Below, piece after piece: positions 28,233-38,574 of a DNA stretch of 64,000 bases. The position numbers were made by a program, and so were the translations under genes. The stretch lies in the NCBI GenBank assembly GCA_003528115.1, contig DOGZ01000014.1:166081-230080 (forward strand), read 5' to 3'. The DNA comes from Candidatus Omnitrophota bacterium. Lineage in GTDB: Bacteria > Omnitrophota > Gorgyraeia > Zapsychrales > Zapsychraceae. The stretch's first letter is position 1. Each line of letters opens with the position of its first letter. The notes beneath the pieces were generated by a model. That model was not told the origin of the DNA. It saw only the letters and a list, made by a program, of their open reading frames with translations, and searched no databases.

Positions 28233-31055
28233 ATGCGTATTAAAACAAAAATATTTTTGACCTTACTCATCGGCGCGGTCATTTTGATAACGGTGGCGAA
28301 TGGGATTCTCTTTTATTTCTCAGCTAATTATATCAAAGATGAGGTTTATGACCATTTAGAGCTGGCGGCTCAATCAAAGGCTCGCCATGTCGAGACATTT
28401 CTTGAGATGATGCAGGGACGCATGATGGATTTCTCTTCCGATGGGTATATTAAAAATTGTTTAGCCGAGATGAACGGTGTTTCTGATGGAAGTATGGATC
28501 CAATGGTCATCACGTGCACCGCGGACACATTAAGTCAGCATTTGAGGATCAACAAGCTGCCGGCCATAGAAGGGGCTGGGGAGATTTTTGTCCTGGATCT
28601 GGGAGGAAAAGTATCGGCCTCATCCATGAACGAACGCATCGGACGGGATGAATCTCAAAGCCTCTATTTCTTAAAGGGGAAAGAAAGCATTTTATTATCG
28701 GATATATTTTTCTCTAAAGAGTATCAGCAAAACTTTTTTACAGTTTCGGCGCCGGTTAGGAAAGAAAACCGGCTTGTGGGGATCGTCGCCGGAAAAATCA
28801 GTCCACAGATGTTGTACGCTATTCTGCGGGAACCCGTTGGATTAGGCCAAACGGGGGAGATGTATTTAGTCAACAAGGAAGGGTTTATGATCAGCCCCTC
28901 CAGATTTGTGGAGCATGTTATTTTGGCGAAGCAGATTGATCCCAACGTCATCCAAGGAGTTTCGGATCATTGGGGGAAAATGTCTTTTCTGAAGAAAGGC
29001 CAACGCTGGCATAATAATTTTCTGGTTTATAAGAATTACAGGGGCGCCACGGTTTTGGGAACCCTCGCGTATGTGCCGGCCATGGCCTGGTATCTCGTGG
29101 TGGAAACTCAAATGAGTGAAATCTTCTCCCCGCTGGTTCAACTTCTGTGGAGTTTTATTCTTGTCGGGGTACTTTCTCTGTGTCTTATTTATGTTGTCTC
29201 AAACCGGATCGGCCAGAAAATTAGCGATCCTATCGAGCGTCTTCAGTCCGGAACAGAAATCATCACGCGCGGGAATTTAGATCATCACCTCAAGGTTGAA
29301 ACCAATGACGAGATTGGCCAGTTGACGAAATCCTTTAATTATATGACGGATAAATTGAGGGAGACGAATCAGCGCCTTGAAGAGAAAATCAGAGATTTCG
29401 CCCTGAATTTGAAATTGTCAGAGCGGCAGAACAAGATTTTGGAAGACACGAAAAAAGCCACCCTCAATCTTCTGGAAGACCTCAGGGAAGAGCGCAGAAA
29501 GCTTGAGGAAAGTGAAGTCAAGATCCGTTCGGTGGTCGAGAACGCCGTTGACGGCATTATTGTCATTAACAGCCAGGGGATCATAGATTCATTTAACGCG
29601 GCGGCCGCGCGGATCTTCGGTTATGAGGCGAAAGACGTGCTGGGACAGAATATCAAAATGCTTATGCCGGAGCCTTACCGCGGCCAGCATGACAGTTATC
29701 TGAAACGTTACAAAGAGACGGGGGAGAAGAGAATTATCGGCTCTGGACGGGAAGTCCATGGGCAGCATAAAGACGGGACGGTCTTTCCTCTGGATTTGGC
29801 TGTCAATGAAATGAAAATTGGAGAAAGGACGATGTTTACCGGTATTGTGAGAGATATCACGGATCGAAAAATGACTCAGGAACGATTGCGTTTACAGGCT
29901 AAAGCCCTGGAGAGCGCGGCCAATGTGATCATCATTACGGACACCTCCGGTATCATTCGATGGGTGAATCCGGCCTTTACGAAGGTGACGGGGTATATGC
30001 CGCAAGAGGCTATCGGGCGAAAGTCGAGTTTGATTAATTCCGGGAAGCAACCCAAATTTATTTATGAAAAACTCTGGCGGATGATCATGGACGGACAGGT
30101 CTGGCAAGGAGAATTGATCAACCGGCGCAAAGACGGGACTTTTTATTATGTGGATCTGACGATTACGCCTGTTTTTGATGAAAACGGCGGCATTGTTTCC
30201 TATATCGGCATCAGTCAGGATATTACCGATAGAAAAAAAGCTGAACAGCAAATGATTCAGCAGAAGGAAAATTTAGAGAAGGTGAATCTTGAGCTCGACA
30301 GTTTTGTTTATACGGCCAGTCATGATTTGCGCGCCCCTTTACGCGGGATCGCCTCATTTGCCACTTTTCTGGAAGAAGACTATAAAGACAAATTGGACGC
30401 TGAAGGAAAAGATTATTTAAATGAAATCCGCAAAGGCGCCGATCGATTGAGCGCTCTCATTGATGATCTCCTGACGCTTTCCAGGATCGCCAGGATCAAG
30501 AATCCGTATGAGAAAGTGGATATCCGAACCCTCATTGAGGCTGTTCGGGAACGGCTGGAATTCGATATCAAAGAAAGCAAAGTGGAGTTGGGCGTTCAGG
30601 AAAATCTACCGCTTCTTGTGTGCGATCGGATAAAATTAGGTGAGGTTTTTGTGAATTTGATTAATAACTCGATAAAATTCTCTTCGAAAAGCAATAAAGA
30701 AAATCCCAAGGTCGACATAGGCTATAACGAGAGAGAAAAATTTTATGAATTTTATGTGAAAGATAACGGGATCGGCATCGATCCGCAGTACCATGAAAGG
30801 ATTTTTGAGATTTTTAAGCGGTTGCACAAACCCGGTGAGTATGAAGGCACCGGAGCTGGTTTGAGTATTGTTAAACGTATCGTCGAAGATCATGGCGGCC
30901 GGGTATGGGTTGAGTCGCGTTTAGGCCAGGGGGCGGTCTTTTATTTCACGATTCCTAAAGACTTGAAGATAGAGAATGAGGAAGAAGAAAATTTGGCTGA
31001 CGGGAATTACCTCTCTCAATCTGCGTTAAAAGAAAAAAACATGAAAGAAACGTGA
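28233..31055 (+). CDS. Sensor histidine kinase (Cache-HAMP-PAS-PAS-HisKA-HATPase)
   Basis: HAMP DEIGQLTKSFNYM, FixL-like PAS (LMPEPY..HDSYLKRY..RIIG), second PAS (NRRKDG), ASHDLRAPL, GTGAGLSIV. Confidence 0.9.
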   Translation: MRIKTKIFLTLLIGAVILITVANGILFYFSANYIKDEVYDHLELAAQSKARHVETFLEMMQGRMMDFSSDGYIKNCLAEMNGVSDGSMDPMVITCTADTLSQHLRINKLPAIEGAGEIFVLDLGGKVSASSMNERIGRDESQSLYFLKGKESILLSDIFFSKEYQQNFFTVSAPVRKENRLVGIVAGKISPQMLYAILREPVGLGQTGEMYLVNKEGFMISPSRFVEHVILAKQIDPNVIQGVSDHWGKMSFLKKGQRWHNNFLVYKNYRGATVLGTLAYVPAMAWYLVVETQMSEIFSPLVQLLWSFILVGVLSLCLIYVVSNRIGQKISDPIERLQSGTEIITRGNLDHHLKVETNDEIGQLTKSFNYMTDKLRETNQRLEEKIRDFALNLKLSERQNKILEDTKKATLNLLEDLREERRKLEESEVKIRSVVENAVDGIIVINSQGIIDSFNAAAARIFGYEAKDVLGQNIKMLMPEPYRGQHDSYLKRYKETGEKRIIGSGREVHGQHKDGTVFPLDLAVNEMKIGERTMFTGIVRDITDRKMTQERLRLQAKALESAANVIIITDTSGIIRWVNPAFTKVTGYMPQEAIGRKSSLINSGKQPKFIYEKLWRMIMDGQVWQGELINRRKDGTFYYVDLTITPVFDENGGIVSYIGISQDITDRKKAEQQMIQQKENLEKVNLELDSFVYTASHDLRAPLRGIASFATFLEEDYKDKLDAEGKDYLNEIRKGADRLSALIDDLLTLSRIARIKNPYEKVDIRTLIEAVRERLEFDIKESKVELGVQENLPLLVCDRIKLGEVFVNLINNSIKFSSKSNKENPKVDIGYNEREKFYEFYVKDNGIGIDPQYHERIFEIFKRLHKPGEYEGTGAGLSIVKRIVEDHGGRVWVESRLGQGAVFYFTIPKDLKIENEEEENLADGNYLSQSALKEKNMKET

Positions 31056-31124
31056 AGGAAACGCGGCGAAGACGGGGGGAACAGAACGTTCACCGCTCCA
31101 CGCTGCCGGGATAGGAAGGCCTGT

Positions 31125-32504
31125 GTGAAAGAAAAAAAACGGCTAGTCATCATTGGTAAATTATCTTTTGTAGAGGACATGGATGTTTTCTTGTCTCAAG
31201 AGGATTTTATTATAGAAAAAGCCGATACCAAGGAGGTCATCACTAAGAGCATTCAACGTGCGGATATGGATATTATTGTTTTTGACGATGATTCCTACCG
31301 TCTCGTTGACGACGCCTTTCATCAGGAGGTCATCCGGCTCATGAGGGCGTCCGGGAAAAATTTTATTGTTGTCTCCTCCAGGTCCATCCCTTCGGCGGTG
31401 ATGGAGGCGAACGAATGGGGGGCCGCGGATTTTATTGTTAAACCGTATAATTGCCGGGAATTCATCGCGCGGATCAATGCCCTTGTGGAAAAAAAAGTCC
31501 GGGTAACTTGTGTGGGCGGGGGGACAGGTCTTTTTAGTTTACTTTTAGGATTTAAAAATCTTTCAGATATCCATTTGACTTCGATTGTCAGCATGAGTGA
31601 TGACGGCGGGTCGTCGGGGAAACTCAGATCTTCGTTCGGGATCCTTCCTCCCGGCGATATCCGCCGAAGCCTGGTCGCTCTTTCCAGCGCGCCTATTTTG
31701 ATGAATGATGTGATGCAGTACCGGTTTCAGAGAGGGAATGAGCTGACGGGACATAGTTTTGGGAATTTATTTCTCACAGCCTTGGCTGAAATCAAGGGGT
31801 CCATGGCGGAGGCCGTAAGAAGCCTTGGGGACATTCTCAACATTCAGGGAATCGTCCTGCCGATAACCAATACACAGACCACCCTCTGCGCTGAGTTTGA
31901 AGACGGGACGATTATCAAAGGGGAAAGCAAGATTGACCGGGCTGAGGAACGGGCCGCGCATCTCAATATCGCCAGAGTCTGGCATGAGCCGGAGACCAAT
32001 TTGGGTATCGAGGCGTATTCGGCGATCATCAACGCGGATTTGATTATCATGGGGCCGGGGGATTTATTCACGAGTGTAATCACGAATTTGATCGTCAATG
32101 GTTTTTGTGAAGCGGTTTCCAATTCTTTAGCCAGGAAATTGTACATTTGTAATCTCATGACCAAAGAGGGGGAGACCTCCGGGTTTGACGTCCGGCGGCA
32201 TGTCCAGGAGATGATTAAATATTTGGGGGAGGACATTTTGGATTGTGTCCTTATTTCGAACACCAGACTTTCGGAAAAGGCGATTTCCGACTATGCCAGA
32301 AAGAACCAGGAACCGGTGAAATTGGGCCCTTGGGAAGAGTTGCACCAACTCACCAAGGCTAAGATGATCGTTGCTGATGTCGGGCATGAAACCCAGCTCG
32401 TGCGCCATGATAGCGTTAAATTAAAGAATGAGATTTTGAAAATTATACAGAATCATATGCGTGTTCATCCGCCTACGCCCGATACCACAACTACTCATGC
32501 GTAA
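31125..32504 (+). CDS. Receiver-like domain fused to YvcK/GlmR (UPF0052) domain
   Basis: N-terminal DIIVFD..GAADFIVKPY; then GGGTGL, DDGGSSG, PPGDIR, GHSFGNL, GPGDLFTS. Confidence 0.82.
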   Translation: MKEKKRLVIIGKLSFVEDMDVFLSQEDFIIEKADTKEVITKSIQRADMDIIVFDDDSYRLVDDAFHQEVIRLMRASGKNFIVVSSRSIPSAVMEANEWGAADFIVKPYNCREFIARINALVEKKVRVTCVGGGTGLFSLLLGFKNLSDIHLTSIVSMSDDGGSSGKLRSSFGILPPGDIRRSLVALSSAPILMNDVMQYRFQRGNELTGHSFGNLFLTALAEIKGSMAEAVRSLGDILNIQGIVLPITNTQTTLCAEFEDGTIIKGESKIDRAEERAAHLNIARVWHEPETNLGIEAYSAIINADLIIMGPGDLFTSVITNLIVNGFCEAVSNSLARKLYICNLMTKEGETSGFDVRRHVQEMIKYLGEDILDCVLISNTRLSEKAISDYARKNQEPVKLGPWEELHQLTKAKMIVADVGHETQLVRHDSVKLKNEILKIIQNHMRVHPPTPDTTTTHA

Positions 32505-33021
32505 GTTGACTCATGAAGAGATTGTTACAAGACAAGGCCGGAAACTTCAGGAACCGCGTTTGCCGTTTTCCATTATTTTGAATAATATTCGAAGTCTTTA
32601 CAATGTTGGTTCCATATTCCGCACGGCAGACGGAGCCGGGGTGGAGAAAATATGGCTTTGCGGCATTACCGGTCGTCCGCCCAATCCGAGGATATCCAAA
32701 ACAGCCCTGGGGGCCGAAGAACACGTCGCGTGGGAATATCGCGACGATTCCCAAACGGTTATCGGGGATTTAAAAAAGCGTGACTATCAGATTGTTATCC
32801 TTGAACAGGCAGCGGGGAGTTGTTTGTATGAAGATTTTGTGCCTACACCGCCGGTGTGTTTAGTCATCGGCAATGAAATTGACGGTGTTTCTCAATCCAT
32901 TATTCAGTTATGCGACGCGGCCATTGAAATTGAAATGGCGGGGTTGAAAAATTCGTTGAATGTTTCTGTGGCCTTTGGCATTGTTGCGTATCACTTCAGG
33001 AAAAATCTGAGGAATCGGTAA
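32497..33021 (+). CDS. SpoU/TrmH-family RNA methyltransferase
   Basis: NIRSLYNVGSIFRTAD, GNEIDGV, SLNVSVA. Confidence 0.88.
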   Translation: MRKLTHEEIVTRQGRKLQEPRLPFSIILNNIRSLYNVGSIFRTADGAGVEKIWLCGITGRPPNPRISKTALGAEEHVAWEYRDDSQTVIGDLKKRDYQIVILEQAAGSCLYEDFVPTPPVCLVIGNEIDGVSQSIIQLCDAAIEIEMAGLKNSLNVSVAFGIVAYHFRKNLRNR

Positions 33022-33063
33022 AATTTTTTATAAATTTAAGATTCAGAAATAGGAGGGGAAAGT

Positions 33064-33921
33064 ATGAAGAGTTTAAGAATGATAACTGTTTATATGGGAT
33101 TCATCATGATCATGGGAAACGTTTCATGGGCTGAGGAAGAGGCCAATGATACGTTAGCCGTAAAATCCCGGCATATTTTTTCCAGCGATATTGATGCGAC
33201 CGCTTCGGATATCAGCATGACGGAAACAGAATTTAAATACGCTCACGAATTCAAGGCCGGCGGTGTCCTCCCGATTGAATATTCATTCCATTTCGGGCAT
33301 ATCGATATCGAAGATGATGATCCGTTGGACCTGCCTTCCCATTTGGAATCCCGCAGCTTGGGACTCGGGGTCAAACTGCCGGCGCCCTTATTGGATCAGG
33401 ATAAATTTTTTGTCGGACTGGATATCTTCCCGACGCTCAATACGGATGCCTGGCGGTGGGAATCCAGCGCGTTTCGCCTGCCTTTTCGGAGTTATCTTAT
33501 TTATAAGGAAAGCGATGATTTTATTTTGGTAGGCGGTGTTTCTGTCAGGCCGGAGTATGATACGACCGTCCTTCCGGTACTCGGCGTGATTTACAAACCG
33601 AATGATCGTCTGTCGTTCAATTTGGCTTCAGAGAATCCGAATATCACGTATAAATTTAACGACACAACGAATCTGATTTGGGAATTTGATTATAAGCTTG
33701 ATGAGTACGAGGTCCGGCGAAGCGGCCAACAAGGGGTGGTTCTTGAGTATCGTGAAACGTCAGCGGGGTTCGGGGTGGAGCACGCCTTTAATGAAAATGT
33801 TTCCGGCCTTCTCACGGTTGGGGGTGTTTTTAACCGGCGGCTTGAATATAAAGATGATGTCGGCAAGGTCATCCCCGACAGCGGTTTTTATGTGAATGCT
33901 AAATTTACCGCGAGTTTTTGA
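33064..33921 (+). CDS. Outer-membrane beta-barrel protein (DUF6268-like)
   Basis: Signal peptide, amphipathic beta-strands, terminal Phe (AKFTASF); SD AGGAGG. Confidence 0.65.
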   Translation: MKSLRMITVYMGFIMIMGNVSWAEEEANDTLAVKSRHIFSSDIDATASDISMTETEFKYAHEFKAGGVLPIEYSFHFGHIDIEDDDPLDLPSHLESRSLGLGVKLPAPLLDQDKFFVGLDIFPTLNTDAWRWESSAFRLPFRSYLIYKESDDFILVGGVSVRPEYDTTVLPVLGVIYKPNDRLSFNLASENPNITYKFNDTTNLIWEFDYKLDEYEVRRSGQQGVVLEYRETSAGFGVEHAFNENVSGLLTVGGVFNRRLEYKDDVGKVIPDSGFYVNAKFTASF

Positions 33922-33978
33922 AAATTTGATTGACCTCCGCAGGAGTGGGAATTTTGGGCGGAAGAAGGGTGTTGGGAC

Positions 33979-34338
33979 ATGGTAAAGAAAGTGTTGGTTG
34001 TGGATGATGATCACGCCACGCTCCTTTTAGTCAAAAGGGCGTTGGCCTTGAAGGGGTATAATGTCATTTGCGCGTCGGACGGATTAGACGCCTTGGTCCA
34101 GATTAAGAAAGAAAAACCTGATCTGGTGATTCTGGATGTCATGATGCCGGAGATCAATGGGTATGATGTCTGTTATCAATTAAGATTTAATAAAGATTTT
34201 GAGCAGGTTCCGATTATCCTGCTGACGAACAGAGATCAGGAACTGGATGATAGTCTGAGCCAGAGGCTCAACATTGAGTATCTTTCCAAACCTTTTGATA
34301 CGCAGGTATTGTTAAAAAAAGTAGAGACTTTTTTATGA
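33979..34338 (+). CDS. Single-domain response regulator
   Basis: VLVVDDD, LDVMMPEING, ILLT, KPF. Confidence 0.9.
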   Translation: MVKKVLVVDDDHATLLLVKRALALKGYNVICASDGLDALVQIKKEKPDLVILDVMMPEINGYDVCYQLRFNKDFEQVPIILLTNRDQELDDSLSQRLNIEYLSKPFDTQVLLKKVETFL

Positions 34339-35192
34339 ACCTGGCTTTGTTAGGTGTTGGATTGATGGGTTATCCCGTCGCCGAACGGCTTCTTCAAAGC
34401 GGGCATCAACTCACGGTTTATAATCGGACCATTGCCAAAGTCTATCCGCTTAAAGAAAAAGGTGCAAGGATCGCCCGGACGCCGCAAGAGGCTTGGAGTG
34501 AAGCAGAGGGAATTCTTCTGACGCTCTCTGATGCGCAGGCGATCGCGGATGTGCTGTTTTCCGGAACATATTCGGATTTTCTGGGGAAAACGATCATTCA
34601 GATGGGAACCATCGGGCCGTCGGAAAGCAGGGCCATTCAGAAAGAATTGGCCGCGCGCGGGGCGGATTATTTTGAATGTCCTGTTTTAGGCAGTCGTCAG
34701 GAGGCCGCGGAGGGAACGCTCATTTTGTTGGTAGGTTCAAGCGACGCGCAATTTCAGAAATGGAAGGGTTTTTTCAAGGCCCTTGGCCCCGACCCCTGGC
34801 ATATCGGAGGCGTGGGGCAAGCCGCGGCGCTTAAATTAGCCTTGAATCAATTGATTGCCTCCCATGCGGTTGGTTTTTCTTTAAGCCTGGGGTTGATCGA
34901 GAGGAACCATATCCCGGTGGAAATATTTATGGATATCTTGCGTCAGAGCGCTTTATATGCGCCGATGTTTGATAAAAAATTGGCCAACTGGTTAAGGCGT
35001 GATTACGCGCGTCCGAATTTTCCCGCCAAACATTTGTTTAAAGACGTCGCGTTGATATTCCAAGAAGCCAAGGACAAGGGTTTATCGACGGAATCGTTAG
35101 AGGCGCTGCGTCAGCTCCTTTTAAAAACCATGGACAAAGGGTTGGGGGATCTGGATTATTCGTCCGTCTTTAACGCGGTGAATAATATTTAG
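34335..35192 (+). CDS. NAD(P)-dependent beta-hydroxyacid dehydrogenase (3-hydroxyisobutyrate/6PGD family)
   Basis: GVGLMG, YNRT, CPVLGS, LKLALN. Confidence 0.85.
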   Translation: MNLALLGVGLMGYPVAERLLQSGHQLTVYNRTIAKVYPLKEKGARIARTPQEAWSEAEGILLTLSDAQAIADVLFSGTYSDFLGKTIIQMGTIGPSESRAIQKELAARGADYFECPVLGSRQEAAEGTLILLVGSSDAQFQKWKGFFKALGPDPWHIGGVGQAAALKLALNQLIASHAVGFSLSLGLIERNHIPVEIFMDILRQSALYAPMFDKKLANWLRRDYARPNFPAKHLFKDVALIFQEAKDKGLSTESLEALRQLLLKTMDKGLGDLDYSSVFNAVNNI

Positions 35193-35250
35193 CCATGATT
35201 TTCACGATGGAATCTTTGAATTGAGAATAGATCGGGAGTCGGCAACGCCT

Positions 35251-36216
35251 ATGATTCGTGCCCAGAATGTCACAAAGTATTTCGGCGGATTTCCAGCCCT
35301 TAAAAATATTTCTTTTGAGGTGGCGAAGGGCGAGATTATCGGATTTCTGGGGCAAAACGGCGCGGGCAAGACAACGTTGATGCGTGTTTTAACGACGTAT
35401 TTACCGGCCAGTGCGGGCAAGGTTTACATCGCAGGGATGGATGTGTCGAGGCGTTCTTTAGAAATTCGACGGCGCGTGGGGTATCTGCCGGAAAATCCGC
35501 CGCTTTACGGGAATATGACCATCCGTGAGTATCTTAAGTTCGCGGCGCGTTTAAAGGATATCCCGCACAGACAGCAGCGGCCGCACGTTGAAAGGGTTTT
35601 GAAAGATTGTGATCTTTGGGAAGCCAGGGATAAGGTCATTGCCACGCTTTCCAAAGGGTACAAACAAAGAGTCGGCATTGCCCAGGCGATTCTTCATGAG
35701 CCGGAGCTTCTTATTTTGGACGAGCCGACCAGCGGTCTGGATCCCGCGCAGATTCTCCAGGTGCGGCGGCTGATTAAAAGTTTGGAATATCGCAGGACCG
35801 TCATTCTGAGCACGCATATTCTCTCTGAGATCGAACAAATGGCCCAAAGGGTCCTGATCATCAAATCCGGCGAGATCTTAGCGGATTCATCCATCGAGAA
35901 TCTTTTGAAGGGCCCGGGAGGGACATCGGAAGATGGCCGGAGAGTCTGTCTGCGCGTGCAAGGGGTGAGACTGGATTTGGAACCGGCCATCGGAGGAATT
36001 CCCGGGATCAAACTCGCGCGTTGGGCGTCGGAGAATAATACGCATGGCATTGACCTCGAGATGACTCATCCATCGGGCGATTTCAATGAGCTGGCGGAGA
36101 AAGTGGCGCGGGCCGGCGGCCGGATTTTGGAAATCAAAGAATCAAAGGTGAGTTTGGAAGAAGTGTTTCTCCAGATTTCGGGTAACAAGGATCTTTCCCA
36201 TTCGTCACGCGCGTGA
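35251..36216 (+). CDS. ABC transporter ATP-binding protein (GldA-like)
   Basis: GQNGAGKTT, LSKGYKQRVGIAQA, LDEPTSGLDP. Confidence 0.85.
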   Translation: MIRAQNVTKYFGGFPALKNISFEVAKGEIIGFLGQNGAGKTTLMRVLTTYLPASAGKVYIAGMDVSRRSLEIRRRVGYLPENPPLYGNMTIREYLKFAARLKDIPHRQQRPHVERVLKDCDLWEARDKVIATLSKGYKQRVGIAQAILHEPELLILDEPTSGLDPAQILQVRRLIKSLEYRRTVILSTHILSEIEQMAQRVLIIKSGEILADSSIENLLKGPGGTSEDGRRVCLRVQGVRLDLEPAIGGIPGIKLARWASENNTHGIDLEMTHPSGDFNELAEKVARAGGRILEIKESKVSLEEVFLQISGNKDLSHSSRA

Positions 36217-36219
36217 CGT

Positions 36220-36951
36220 ATGGGCATGAAACGGGGGATTATGCGCAAGATCTTCGCCATAGCCAAGAAAGAACTCGCCAGCCATTTCAAATCCCCTGTC
36301 GCCTATCTTATTCTGGTCATTACCATCTCCGTTTTTAATGTCTTTTTTTTTATGATCCTGGATGAAAACCGGGAAGCCAGCTTGCGGGATATCTTTAAGG
36401 TCATGGAATTTATGTTTGTCTTTTTTATCCCCATTTTAACTATGAAGACTTTTGCTGAAGAAAAGTTTACAGGGACTATGGAGTTTTTGATGACAACTCC
36501 GACAAGCTCCACGGCTATTGTTCTGGGAAAATATCTCGGGTCTCTTTTGTTTTTCACTTTGATTATTTTAGCGACGTCCGTTTATTACGTGATGATCGAG
36601 TTCTTCAGCTCCCCCGACCGCGCGGCAATACTGACAGGATACTTGGGCATATGGCTGGAGGGCGCTTTTTTTATCGCCATTGGGATCCTGACCTCTTCCT
36701 GGACGCGGCATCAGGTGGTCGCGGCCATCAGTTCTTATGTGATCGTATTCCTCGTCTATTTCTCGGTGAGTTTCATCAAGTATTTTCAGGGAACGGCTGA
36801 GTCGCTGATCCGTTATGTCTGTACTATGACGCACATGGAAAATTTTGCCGCCGGCCTTCTCACGGTCACGGATTTGGTATATTACCTCAGCGGAATCCTT
36901 TTTTGTCTTGTTTGCACAAGGATCAGCATTGAAAACCGTCTATGGCACTAG
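36220..36951 (+). CDS. ABC-2 permease (GldF-like)
   Basis: KKELASHFKSPVAY, EEKFTGTMEFL, six TMs. Confidence 0.82.
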   Translation: MGMKRGIMRKIFAIAKKELASHFKSPVAYLILVITISVFNVFFFMILDENREASLRDIFKVMEFMFVFFIPILTMKTFAEEKFTGTMEFLMTTPTSSTAIVLGKYLGSLLFFTLIILATSVYYVMIEFFSSPDRAAILTGYLGIWLEGAFFIAIGILTSSWTRHQVVAAISSYVIVFLVYFSVSFIKYFQGTAESLIRYVCTMTHMENFAAGLLTVTDLVYYLSGILFCLVCTRISIENRLWH

Positions 36952-38573
36952 ATAAAAAACAACACCTTGTCTTTGTATTGCTGGCCGGGAGTTTCTTTCT
37001 GTTCTTCGGGCTTGGGGTTTGTTTTGTGGAAAACGCGTGGGACCATCAGGCGGCCGGTGTGGCCCTGATAGGAATTTTGTGTATTTTATTTTGTCTCACG
37101 CGTTTGATGAAAGCTTCTCAAGGAAGGGACGGAACGTTTCGTGGAAAGAAATGGGCGATACTCTGTCTTCTGTTGGTCTTTGGGGGGGCGGTTCTGGCAG
37201 GGATCAATTATTTGGCGCATCGTTATGACCGACGCTGGGATTTGACACGGGCGAAACAGCATACGTTAACGCAGAGGACGGCGTCGCTTCTTAAAGAATT
37301 AAAGGCTGAGGTGAAGATCACCGCCCTTTATGTGGGCATCCCGCCGAAATATGTCGAGGATTTGTTGAAGGAATATGAGCGGTTCTCTGCCGGGAAGGTT
37401 TCATCCGAGATCATTGATCCCCTGGTTCAGATAGGATACGCGGCCCAGTTTGGTCACATCATTAGCGGACAAGAAAAGAAAGTGATTATTCAATCCGCTC
37501 AGGAACGAAGGGACATCGATTTTACGGATAGTCCCTTAAGCGAAGAACAACTGACTAACGCTGTCATCGGGGTGACCCGAGAGGCGCGGACCGTTTATTT
37601 TCTGGTCGGTCACGGGGAATATGATATTGACGCTGAAAAAGAAGAAGGCTTAAATACGTTCACCAAGGCGCTGTTGGCCAATAATATTAAACCCAAGAAT
37701 CTCATGTTAGGGCTTCAGGAAAGAATCCCGGAGGACTGTGATCTTCTGGTGATTGCCGGGCCAAAAGAGTTTCTGACGGAAAAAGAGGAAGTTCTCCTTG
37801 AGGAATATTTGGAGAAGGGTGGAGACGCGTTAATCCTCATTGAACATTCCCTTGTGACAACTCCGGATAAACCTCTGACGGAAGAAGAAAAACAGAAGAA
37901 TCCTTCTCTGAATTCTATCTTGAAGCGCTGGGGCATAGAGGTGGCCCAAGATGTTGTCGTTGATTTGGCCAGCCATGCCAGCGGGGATGTGGGCTGTCCG
38001 GCGACACGGAATTACATGACCCACAAGGCCATTGTCAAAGATCTGGATTACACGTTTTATATCCGTCCCAGATCGATTTCGCTTTTAAGTGATCGTTCGA
38101 GATCTGTCAAACTGGCGCCTTTGGTCTTGACCAGCTCCGGGCAAACCAGTTGGGGAGAAACCGATAGGACACTCCATGTCGAATTTAATGAACAGCTTGA
38201 TCGGCCGGGTCCGGTACCCATCGCCTATGTCATCTGGGAACCCAGAGCTTCCGGTTCTTCCGATAGGGGGCCGTTTCCGGATAACAGCGGACAAAAGAAT
38301 AAATTATCTGATACGCGCCTGATTGTATTTACGGATGCCGACTTTCTCACGAACGCGTATATCGGGCATTATAGTAACGCGCAAATGGGATTGAATCTGG
38401 TGAAGTGGCTTACGGAGTTGGATTATCAAATTTTTGTCCAGCAGGATGCCGTGAAGGTGGAACGGCTTGATTTAACGAGCAGGCAGAAGCGCCTGGTGGC
38501 TTATGTCTTATTTCTTATGCCGGTCTTGATCGCGATGAGCGGGGTGGTGGTGTGGATGCGACAGGAAAGTTGA
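36942..38573 (+). CDS. GldG-like ABC transporter auxiliary protein
   Basis: RWDLT..HTL, VYFLVGHGE, IPEDCDLLVIAGP, DADFLTN, C-terminal TM. Confidence 0.8.
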   Translation: MALDKKQHLVFVLLAGSFFLFFGLGVCFVENAWDHQAAGVALIGILCILFCLTRLMKASQGRDGTFRGKKWAILCLLLVFGGAVLAGINYLAHRYDRRWDLTRAKQHTLTQRTASLLKELKAEVKITALYVGIPPKYVEDLLKEYERFSAGKVSSEIIDPLVQIGYAAQFGHIISGQEKKVIIQSAQERRDIDFTDSPLSEEQLTNAVIGVTREARTVYFLVGHGEYDIDAEKEEGLNTFTKALLANNIKPKNLMLGLQERIPEDCDLLVIAGPKEFLTEKEEVLLEEYLEKGGDALILIEHSLVTTPDKPLTEEEKQKNPSLNSILKRWGIEVAQDVVVDLASHASGDVGCPATRNYMTHKAIVKDLDYTFYIRPRSISLLSDRSRSVKLAPLVLTSSGQTSWGETDRTLHVEFNEQLDRPGPVPIAYVIWEPRASGSSDRGPFPDNSGQKNKLSDTRLIVFTDADFLTNAYIGHYSNAQMGLNLVKWLTELDYQIFVQQDAVKVERLDLTSRQKRLVAYVLFLMPVLIAMSGVVVWMRQES

Positions 38574-38574
38574 G

